Virus record (IMG/VR): IMGVR_UViG_3300002925_000021
Location: 79,884 to 102,884 of that record
Length of the DNA stretch: 23,001 nucleotides
Reading direction: 5' to 3' (one strand)
From: a virus
A model generated the notes under the pieces. That model did no database searches. It was given only the letters and a program-made list of their open reading frames with translations, and had not been told where the DNA came from. Below, piece after piece: positions 1 through 7,397 of this stretch; the stretch's first letter is position 1; each line of letters begins with the position of its first letter. The position numbers were made by a program, and so were the translations under genes.

Positions 1-168
1 CTTCGCTTGGAAATCTGCAAAAGAACCCAGTGTCACAGGCACAAAAGCTGGCCCACGACTTGCTGCACCAACTACGGCACTAGGTGTGCCAGATGGTTCA
101 ACCACCTTAGCAGACAGGTCTATTTCTCGGTCGTAGTAGCCCGGGCTTTTGAATACTTGGTCTGGCAT
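1..168 (-). CDS. gp18: Contractile tail sheath protein, N-terminal 56 aa (runs off the window)
   Basis: Not in the ORF track. Manual translation from ATG at 168 gives MPDQVFKSPGYYDREIDLSAKVVEPSGTPSAVVGAASRGPAFVPVTLGSFADFQAK. SPG-Y-xREID and G-x-A-x-R/KGP-x-x-x-P are typical sheath N-terminal motifs. AAGGGGA RBS upstream; follows a gp15-like gene. Confidence 0.88.
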   Translation of the reverse strand, partial: MPDQVFKSPGYYDREIDLSAKVVEPSGTPSAVVGAASRGPAFVPVTLGSFADFQAK

Positions 169-292
169 TGCTGTCCCCTTGTTTCCCTCGTGCTGCTATA
201 GGTGCGCTGTCTCAAGAGACAACACACCAACGGGCAACAATCAGATATCAAATCGTCTTGGATAATTATGGTCCTATACGGACGATTCCATT

Positions 293-1537
293 TCACTCGA
301 CTTGTTGCTTTTCACCTGCCTCTTGGATCGTAGTTATGAATTCTTCCAAGCTTTCAAACCCAGAGGCAAAATAAGCCGTCTCACCCTTCTTTTGGTTAGC
401 CTCAAGGATTCGAACATATTTCGTTTCCGGCCTTCCTGATATCGGGTTATAAACGGTCTTTTCCACAAGGAACTTCCCATTCGTTGTTGGTTCTTGAACG
501 GTTGCTTCGTCTTTCTCAATATCCGTGAGAGTGAAACTAGGATCTTTTGGCCTCTTTGGCCCTTGTAGACTGTGAACGCGACCGGTTGGCACCACCGTCT
601 CAAAGGATATGTCTGTGGCTGAAAGAGTTCGTTTTATAGGAACAGGATTGCCAGGCCCATTTAGAGCGAGCAGAAAGGCTTTCACCGTTATCTGAACAGT
701 GTAACGGATCACTCGCTTATCCTCTTTGAAATCGTCAAAATTCTCGGCAGAATTTACCTCATCCGACACATCAGCAATGAACCAATAGCCCTTGGGTGTA
801 TTCAACCTAAACATTTTCCCCTGAGGCAGTTGAGCGGCTAGAAAAGTAGAAATGAGGTAGTTCATGTGGATAGTGTAAGAAGTCCAGAACGTTACCTCGT
901 AGGTTGCCGTATAAAACTGTGGCTGTGGAATGGTAATGATCTCCCAAACGTTATCTCCAAGTTTCGGGTCAAGAAGAGCCCCCTGAGCAGTTCCTTGATC
1001 CTTATTGGGTCCATAAGTTCCTTGTTCCCTGGTTGATAGTGGATTCCCAGGATTCAGGTAATCAATGGCCAGCTTGTTCAACAAATTCTGATAATCACGA
1101 TCTTCCTTCGCCAACCTTCTGCGGATGACCATCTCCCCTGTGTGCTGGTTCATCCCACGGCTGACAAGATCATCTGATGTCTGTGAAATGCTTTTCCTCC
1201 GAATAGAAATGGCCGGAAGAAGAAGCTGCTTATTTTTATCCCGAGGAGGCCGCAGCCTCTTCACCAATGCAAATCTCTCTCCAGTTGCCAAGATCACATA
1301 AGGCTTATTAATGCTTTGAGGCCCATTTTCCCCGTCTGGAATAACAGTGTTCCTAAAGCCAATCCGTTCGTCAAATAAGGCGTGCAAAGCTATGTCAACA
1401 TCCTCTATCTCACAAGGTGGAATAGTGTACCCGTCCGAAGGAGATGTCCCTTCATATCCAGTCGGAAGATGATCAACCGGTTTCCTCTCGTCCCTCTGTA
1501 TGTCAAAACGAGTGCTATTTGGCTTCGGATCCACCAT
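293..1537 (-). CDS. Tail completion / sheath-stabiliser protein (T4 gp15-like)
   Basis: 414 aa ORF between the neck genes and the sheath. GER(F), LPAISIRR and P-x-F-YTATYEVTFWT...MN segments resemble gp15-like tail terminators. Confidence 0.65.
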   Translation of the reverse strand: MVDPKPNSTRFDIQRDERKPVDHLPTGYEGTSPSDGYTIPPCEIEDVDIALHALFDERIGFRNTVIPDGENGPQSINKPYVILATGERFALVKRLRPPRDKNKQLLLPAISIRRKSISQTSDDLVSRGMNQHTGEMVIRRRLAKEDRDYQNLLNKLAIDYLNPGNPLSTREQGTYGPNKDQGTAQGALLDPKLGDNVWEIITIPQPQFYTATYEVTFWTSYTIHMNYLISTFLAAQLPQGKMFRLNTPKGYWFIADVSDEVNSAENFDDFKEDKRVIRYTVQITVKAFLLALNGPGNPVPIKRTLSATDISFETVVPTGRVHSLQGPKRPKDPSFTLTDIEKDEATVQEPTTNGKFLVEKTVYNPISGRPETKYVRILEANQKKGETAYFASGFESLEEFITTIQEAGEKQQVE

Positions 1538-1773
1538 GTGTCTAATTAGCCCCCCCTCTCCCTATCAAGTTATATAACTCTCATCAACCCGAACACGAAG
1601 CTTTCACCCCAAACCAAAACATGGCCGCAAAGGCCCCTAGAAGGCCCGTGAGAGCTTGAAAACTTTCCCCTAGGGGGTAGATAGCATACCAACCAAGAAA
1701 CGCCACAGAAGCCCTCCTAGGGGCTGGGAAGAAGGTAGTGAGTTCCGAAGAAGAAGGAAGGCTTCCAGCTGTT

Positions 1774-2433
1774 TCATTCGTCGTAAAGTTTATTTGCTTT
1801 CAGAGTGGTATCCACATCGACTTTACGAGGGCCTTCACCAAGAGCGACTGGGGGAAGATCATCACCAAGTCGTTCTCTCACATCCCGGATGTCTCCTGTT
1901 GGACCTTCTGGCGTCTCTGAAAGTCCTCTCTGCTGGATAAAAGGAGTTGGAGTAGGATTTTGGTCATTGTCTGGGCGGTAGAACTTCTTGGGATCAAATT
2001 CACCTGGACGAACCAGTTTACCGATAATTTTGTAACCGACATCGTGTTCTACCTGGCCAAAGTAATTGTTGATATTAAGCGCAGATACGATCTCGTACGC
2101 TTGTTCGCCATAGGTAAAAAAGTCCCCCTCAGAAACGACAATCCCCTTTTGGTCTAGGTCTCTTGCCTGAATGAAAACCTCCAGGGTATTGTCTTGTTCC
2201 GCGCCAAACTGGTTCATCTTAGTCTCCCAGGTGGGTTGACCTACCAGCGCGTCAACTTTGATGGGATTCTCGAAAATCTTCTTGACAGCCTCGTTGTAAA
2301 CAGGGTGAATCTTGGTCTTTAAGGTGCTCACAGGCCAATAGATGATTTGCTGTCCAACGATGTCCTTGATTACTTCCTTGGCAATGTCGTTGAAATAGTC
2401 AATCTCTCTCTGCGTTATGAACAGTCTGGCCAT
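1774..2433 (-). CDS. Neck / head completion protein (T4 gp14-like)
   Basis: 219 aa. E...D.VGQQIIYW, HPVYNEA, FG, EGDFF.YG...YEI pattern of gp14-like proteins; syntenic between gp13-like and gp15-like genes. Confidence 0.7.
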   Translation of the reverse strand: MARLFITQREIDYFNDIAKEVIKDIVGQQIIYWPVSTLKTKIHPVYNEAVKKIFENPIKVDALVGQPTWETKMNQFGAEQDNTLEVFIQARDLDQKGIVVSEGDFFTYGEQAYEIVSALNINNYFGQVEHDVGYKIIGKLVRPGEFDPKKFYRPDNDQNPTPTPFIQQRGLSETPEGPTGDIRDVRERLGDDLPPVALGEGPRKVDVDTTLKANKLYDE

Positions 2434-2435
2434 CG

Positions 2436-3191
2436 CTACTTCACCCCCGCATTCCTGATCATCCTGGAGATTTTCACCCTCAGAAGCCCATCATCAAATT
2501 CTTCATCTTCAGAAAGAAGAGCATAAGAACACTTTTCGTAATTCACAGGCCCAACAGCTATAGTCTCCATTTCATTGGCGTACATTGGTTCCCCAACCGA
2601 CCTGGCTAGTACCCCTGGATTCCCCAAAAACTTGTTGCCAGCCACAGGGGCAACAAACAAAGCTGCAACGTCTCCATCCCCATATCCGTCAAACCCTTCT
2701 TTGGTGAAAAGCTTCACCGAAACGGTCCACCCCGAAATTTGACCGTCATGTGGCTTCAAAACCCCTCCAGGAAGTACCCCATAGGTTCGAAGCGACTTCA
2801 CATCCTGTCCTACCAAAGAAGCAAATTCATTCCTATTCATCCTGATAAACCTGAATACTTGTTTGTACTTCCCCGGATCTAGAACCTTTTGGTAGTATCC
2901 CTGCTGGTGAAGCTTCAAGAGTTCCAGCGCCTTCGCATTCAATGGGCCTTTGTCGTTATTGACAATATACTGAACAATAGCCTCCCTCGCTTCTTCTTCT
3001 TCTGGCGTGTTCGGTTCCTTCGGAGAGGGTATATCCTTTCTTGTCGGTGCAAAAGCATAAGAACCAAAAAGAGCATCCCGTGGTGCTTCAGGCGGAATTA
3101 CTCCTTGACCCTTTGCCTTCTTACTCTTGGAACTTACCACCTCCTCTTCAACCAAAAGGTTGATGTATTCCCAAAGGGTTCTCATTGTCAT
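2436..3191 (-). CDS. Hypothetical protein, putative ADP-ribosyltransferase fold (R-S-E type)
   Basis: ORF track starts at 3284, but TATTTA motif at 3208-3213 favours ATG 3191 or 3185 (MTMRTLWEYINLLVEE). VFRFI, ISGWTVS and NEMETI occur in the order of ART R / S-x-S/T / E-x-E motifs. Confidence 0.5.
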   Translation of the reverse strand: MTMRTLWEYINLLVEEEVVSSKSKKAKGQGVIPPEAPRDALFGSYAFAPTRKDIPSPKEPNTPEEEEAREAIVQYIVNNDKGPLNAKALELLKLHQQGYYQKVLDPGKYKQVFRFIRMNRNEFASLVGQDVKSLRTYGVLPGGVLKPHDGQISGWTVSVKLFTKEGFDGYGDGDVAALFVAPVAGNKFLGNPGVLARSVGEPMYANEMETIAVGPVNYEKCSYALLSEDEEFDDGLLRVKISRMIRNAGVK

Positions 3192-3294
3192 TTCTTTATC
3201 CAAAGAATAAATAGGTTCCCTTTCACACCCCCCTTCTAACCCCACCTTTAAACAACAAAGGTAACTCTCTTTCTTCTTCTTCACTCTTATTCTT

Positions 3295-3399
3295 TTAACC
3301 TTAACTCTTAACTTAACTCTTAACCTTTAACCTTAACTCTTAACGTTAACTCTTAAGGTTAACTCTTAAGGATAACTTTTAAGGTTAAGAGTTATCCTT
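3295..3399. repeat. AT-rich TTAACTCTTAA direct-repeat array ending in a 15-bp inverted repeat
   Basis: Exact TTAACTCTTAA at 3301, 3313, 3333, 3346, 3359. Arms AAGGATAACTTTTAA (3368-3382) and TTAAGAGTTATCCTT (3385-3399) pair with one T:G mismatch. Confidence 0.9.
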
Positions 3400-3449
3400 C
3401 CCCCCCTTCTTGGTAGTGGTCCACCACATGGAGAAAGTAATTGAAATGA

Positions 3450-4703
3450 CTAGAAAATCTTGATTGCATGAGTTGGAGGCATGGGCAGGTAGGAGAGCTG
3501 TTTCATGAGGTTCTCGGTCTTGGCTGCTTCCATCTCAGCCAGCTTGTCGTAGGACAGGCTTTCCAATTGGGCCTTTAGATCCTCTAGAAGCTGTTTCTGG
3601 TCCTCTCTAGCCTCGGTAACGAGGGAAGATCCGTCCAACTCGACTTCGGCCCCTGGAATGGGCACCCTCGCGACCTTACGACGGATACGGCCCATGATCT
3701 CAGTGCATAGGGCAAAGGTCATCCTCGCAATCCAGTTTTTGGCCCATTGGTTGAGGGTGGCGTAGTTCACCAAACCAAAGGGGATATTGGCCGGGTTAGA
3801 AGCACCATAGGCGAGTCCAGAGTACCCAGAAGCTCCGGCAGAACCACTGATACCACTGATAGAACCACTAGTATCAATGAATGGTCCCGTGGGGTCAGCA
3901 GAGAAACCAACACGAATCCATACCTTGTCATTCACGCCTGGGATGACCGAAGAAGGCACCGGAAAGAATCGGATATTTCTACCCGAAATCTTGTAGTTAT
4001 AGTGACTCCTTCTCACCTTTCCGGCCAGTTTAAGTTGACTCGCACGAAGCACATCTTCGTGCAGTGGTAGAATGTGGAATCTTGTATCGGAGTTGAACGC
4101 ACCAAGAGGGATGCCTACACCTCCAACGTTGGCAAAGTTGGAACCAAACGAACTGTTGAAGAGATACTGGATGGGGGCATAATGGAAAACCTCAAACACC
4201 CTCATCTTCCCACCAGAACCGGAAAGCATCGCATACAGGGGGTTGCCATACTGGTCCTTCAGATCGGTGAAAAGGTCGTAATCCTGTTTGCCAATCACCA
4301 TATCAATGGATCCCGAGAAGGAGTTCTGAGTGGAACCGAAGCCGATGATATTGGCATAAGGTTCAGCCATCCGGTCAAGCCACTCCAAGTTGGGCATGAT
4401 GTAAGTGTTGGTCAGGTTGAAGGTATTCTGGTTGGTGTTGGGGTTCCAGGAACCCGTGGGAACACCAAGAAGATTGGCAAGATTGCTCTTGGTCTGATAC
4501 TCAATAACCCACCCATTGAACATACGGGTCGCCTCTTCAAAAGCTCCCCAAATCTCTTTCTTGGTTAGTTCGGTAGAAAGAACATCCTCACCCAATTTCC
4601 TTTTTACATAAACCACCATGGAATCAGCATCCCGCTGAAAAGCAGGATCAGAGTCATAGAGGCCGAATGGTGTTGGGTATGGAGTTTGATTGAAATTCGG
4701 CAT
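3450..4703 (-). CDS. Neck / head-tail adaptor protein (T4 gp13-like)
   Basis: About 417-420 aa (ATG 4703 or TTG 4712). YVKRKLG..VLS.EL N-terminus and WI...T.ALC.EIMGRIR.K...PIPG.EV.LDG..L..EA C-terminus match gp13-like adaptors. Confidence 0.75.
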   Translation of the reverse strand: MPNFNQTPYPTPFGLYDSDPAFQRDADSMVVYVKRKLGEDVLSTELTKKEIWGAFEEATRMFNGWVIEYQTKSNLANLLGVPTGSWNPNTNQNTFNLTNTYIMPNLEWLDRMAEPYANIIGFGSTQNSFSGSIDMVIGKQDYDLFTDLKDQYGNPLYAMLSGSGGKMRVFEVFHYAPIQYLFNSSFGSNFANVGGVGIPLGAFNSDTRFHILPLHEDVLRASQLKLAGKVRRSHYNYKISGRNIRFFPVPSSVIPGVNDKVWIRVGFSADPTGPFIDTSGSISGISGSAGASGYSGLAYGASNPANIPFGLVNYATLNQWAKNWIARMTFALCTEIMGRIRRKVARVPIPGAEVELDGSSLVTEAREDQKQLLEDLKAQLESLSYDKLAEMEAAKTENLMKQLSYLPMPPTHAIKIF

Positions 4704-4836
4704 GTTCCCCAATGCCTAAATATCAGAGAACTTTGAGTTGCCAAGAAGCCTAAAGTTCCTCCATCACTTCCTTGCCCTTGCGGACCATATTTGCGATGAA
4801 CTTTGGCCTATTATTCGTTGCAGAACTGGAACGGCT

Positions 4837-5223
4837 TCACTTGTTCTCCTTCGTAACCACACCCTTCATTCCAGCAATCTGGTTGGCAATTTTGGCTGCA
4901 AGTTCGGCTTTCTTCCTGAAGTTCGTTTCTTTGGCTGCCGCCTGAAGTGCTTGGTTGATGTTCATGTTTGTTCCAGGGATCATGACGTTGTTTGCCGGAT
5001 CGTCATTCCCTGGCTTCGATCCAACTGAAGGCTTGGTGCCTATAGTGCCTGTTGAAGAAGAAGTGCCGATAGTCGCAATTGAAGGAGAAGAACTGATGGT
5101 TCCCGCCGTTCCTTCCTTTTTCAAAGATTTGAACTCCTTCAACATTTCTTCTTTGACTGCCTCATCGATCATCTCCAGAACCATTTTGCGAAATGCTTCA
5201 GGACTAAGAAATTGAACAGCCAT
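4837..5223 (-). CDS. Small hypothetical protein, probably head-associated
   Basis: 128 aa, GGAG RBS; N-terminus paralogous to the adjacent 5262-5441 ORF; S/T/G-rich linker. Confidence 0.75.
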   Translation of the reverse strand: MAVQFLSPEAFRKMVLEMIDEAVKEEMLKEFKSLKKEGTAGTISSSPSIATIGTSSSTGTIGTKPSVGSKPGNDDPANNVMIPGTNMNINQALQAAAKETNFRKKAELAAKIANQIAGMKGVVTKENK

Positions 5224-5261
5224 TTCTAAACTCCAGTAAATCTTTTGCCCGGACTATGAAT

Positions 5262-5441
5262 CTACTTTTCACTATGAAAAGACTCTCTTTCATCATCGCG
5301 CCTCATTTGCCCATCAAACTGAGGATGCTTTTTGACGAGTCTTTTCTGACATTCACATTCTTGAAGTCTCTGGATCTCTTCCCGGATCATCTGCCGAACC
5401 ATCTTGGTGAACGCCTCAGTGCTCATATATTGAATTGCCAT
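5262..5441 (-). CDS. Small hypothetical protein (59 aa), N-terminal paralog of 4837-5223
   Basis: Not in the ORF track. MAIQYMSTEAFTKMVRQMIREEIQRLQECECQKRLVKKHPQFDGQMRRDDERESFHSEK*; strong AAGGAG RBS. Confidence 0.75.
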   Translation of the reverse strand: MAIQYMSTEAFTKMVRQMIREEIQRLQECECQKRLVKKHPQFDGQMRRDDERESFHSEK

Positions 5442-5461
5442 GTTACTTCTCCTTCTTCTTC

Positions 5462-5643
5462 CTAGAGGTCCAACGCTTGAAACTTAATTGCTTTTTTGTA
5501 ATGCGGCTTATAGCCCTTGTAGACCATGTAGTGTGCCAAAGCTTAAAGATTGTCGATACTATCTCCCCCGTGTGCCCATGGGTCTTCGTAACCCTTACGA
5601 TACCATGCTAACCCTCTGGAGGCGCTTCAGTTAGAAAAGGCAT
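5462..5643 (-). pseudogene. Decayed small phage gene (two stops and one frameshift)
   Basis: AAGGAG then MPFLTEAPPEG*HGIVRVTKTHGHTG, frameshift in a G5 run, then DSIDNL*ALAHYMVYKGYKPHYKK. Resembles an APPGW...IDNP.ALA.YM..KGYK.HY motif I recall from phage hypothetical proteins (not verified). Confidence 0.45.
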
Positions 5644-6673
5644 CCTCTCCTTCTTCCTTGAGATCTTTCAGAATTACAATTGCCTCTTCAACTTCCCTGC
5701 GACTTAGCCGAAGGTCATCGTAGGACAACATCTTTTGCTTGATCCCTTCAATGTCCAAAGTTGGGATGAGCCTGTCGAAATCTTTATTTCTGGCAAATGC
5801 TTCCCCAACAGCCCTCCACCCACTGGCTCCATCAGCAATGTACTGAGCAATCTTCCGAGCCAAGTCTTCTGCAGTGGAACCAGCACTCATTAGAGATTTA
5901 GCAATCTCATCGAGAGCTTCCTTTTCAGACATCTGTTTGCCAGAGGCAGCAACCTTTGCCATATTCTCCTTGCCGTACTTCTTCTTTCCGATAGAATAGG
6001 CAATGGACTTGGCTGATTCCTCAGACTCCCCCTGGTCCTGGAGCTTCTTTACAAGTTTTTTGAACCCAATGTGCTTCTCATACAGGGCTTTCATCAGGAC
6101 AGAGTCTTCTTCCGCCATGAAGCTTTCCCCATATTGATCATATCCTGCTTCAAGAAGCGTTTGTTTCACGGTTTCCCGAATGAGCTTCTTCAGTTCCCTT
6201 ATCTTCATGAGTGTACCTCTTCTAGGGTAATTATGGAATTCATCCAGGTAACCCCGCCTTTTCTTCCAAGCATCGTGGTCAGAATAGAATCTGCTGTTAT
6301 CCAAGTCGTCATCATACTTGGGATCAAAAGGATCTGGTTCCTCATCTTTCTTCACGGGCTTGTAGGAGGTACCGTAGGCTTTATCCATGGCAGCCTTCAA
6401 CGCTGATCCATCGGTTGTGGTATTCCCCCAATTAATAGCCTCGTAGGGAATGTTCTGGGCAAGATGCTGGATAAGTCCTCGACCAATCCCCTTGCCACGA
6501 TAAGCAGGGTCAACCTCTATCATCTTGATATAAGCTTCTTCCCTGCCTTTTACCTTGTGATAGGCAATATCAAGATGACCAACTTTCTTATCCCCGTCAT
6601 AAGCGTGGATAGAACAATCAGATTGACCGCCACTGTAACCGTAGCATTCTTCTTCATAACGGAAAGAAGCCAT
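5627..6673 (-). CDS. GNAT acetyltransferase domain fused in frame to a putative head-associated protein
   Basis: 348 aa. AYIKMIEVDPAYRGKGIGRGLI is the GNAT acetyl-CoA motif A (V.P.YRGKGIG). Probable internal start ATG 6208 (MKIRELKKLIRE) with its own RBS and TAATTA motif. Confidence 0.8.
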   Translation of the reverse strand: MASFRYEEECYGYSGGQSDCSIHAYDGDKKVGHLDIAYHKVKGREEAYIKMIEVDPAYRGKGIGRGLIQHLAQNIPYEAINWGNTTTDGSALKAAMDKAYGTSYKPVKKDEEPDPFDPKYDDDLDNSRFYSDHDAWKKRRGYLDEFHNYPRRGTLMKIRELKKLIRETVKQTLLEAGYDQYGESFMAEEDSVLMKALYEKHIGFKKLVKKLQDQGESEESAKSIAYSIGKKKYGKENMAKVAASGKQMSEKEALDEIAKSLMSAGSTAEDLARKIAQYIADGASGWRAVGEAFARNKDFDRLIPTLDIEGIKQKMLSYDDLRLSRREVEEAIVILKDLKEEGEDAFSN

Positions 6674-6721
6674 ATCCGTAAATATAGCTCAAAATACTTA
6701 TAAAATGGACAGTCAACGGTC

Positions 6722-6798
6722 TTGATTGTCCACCCTGGGAAAGATTGCGGGGACGGTGTACCGTACTATAATGCTTCTCAGGCTTGGGAGGATGTCAA
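6722..6798 (+). mobile_element. Internally deleted IS200/IS605-type miniature element (left end uncertain)
   Basis: Shares GGG.ACGGTGTA(A)CCGT.CTATAATG and the exact terminal 14-mer TGGGAGGATGTCAA (6785-6798) with the element at 20990-21206; TTGAT at 6722-6726. Confidence 0.55.
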
Positions 6799-7327
6799 TT
6801 CGGGAATCAGTGTCACATGAACCTCATTGGAAGGCATGCTATCTGCCTTAACACCTTCAAACATTTATTCAACTGCCATACAGTCCTCCACAACAGACTG
6901 GTTTATAACCCGTACAGTGCCCAAGATTCGTCAGAACGTACTGTACCACTACCGCCATCCTTTGAACCTACAGAAGCCCCCTGTAGGGGCTATTAGAAGC
7001 ATCTGGAATAAACACATCAAACTGTTTGCACCACTCTTTCGGTACCAAGAATCTGAGAACCATCAGACAGCCTCGGCACTTCCACTTCCCTTTCCAGCGG
7101 AACCATTACCGTTATCTTTGGGAGTAGCTTCCTATGTGGTATCTAAGGCCATACAAAGCTTCTTCCTGGTTCGTTTGTCCACAAACTTTCCTGGAACCCT
7201 TGATTAGGTGTAAACATTGTTGTATGTTATTCCTTGCGTGATTGAACGCTTTACTTTTCCCGCAATTACTTCCAAGAAACTTGTTTTGAATTTCGTGGCA
7301 AGCTGTTTGCCTCGCCGAACCAGAAAT

Positions 7328-7360
7328 AAAAAACCCTCAGAACCAAAGTCCTGAGGGTTT
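7328..7360 (-). terminator. Rho-independent terminator after the major capsid gene
   Basis: AAACCCTCAG (7331-7340) pairs with CTGAGGGTTT (7351-7360), followed by a U-run on the minus strand. An extra hairpin TGTCAGG/CCTGACA lies at 7366-7388. Confidence 0.85.
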
Positions 7361-7397
7361 CAATATGTCAGGCTACAACCCCCTGACAGGGCTTGCC

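Noticed and set aside
3192-3284. N-terminal extension MKKKKESYLCC... of the 282-aa ORF
   Set aside because: It lies in a low-complexity CT tract upstream of the late motif at 3208-3213; the start at 3191 or 3185 is more plausible.
3295-3370. TTAACTCTTAA repeats as a CRISPR array
   Set aside because: Units are 11 nt with gaps of 1-9 nt, far from repeat-spacer dimensions.
6681-6688. 8-nt match (CTATATTT, minus strand) between the predicted omegaRNA guide and the GNAT promoter region
   Set aside because: Too short and AT-rich, and the TTGA nearby is not directly adjacent; expected by chance.
6827-7207. 126-aa plus-strand ORF
   Set aside because: TTG start, no clear RBS, opposite to the operon, no motifs; the region looks more like decayed minus-strand sequence.
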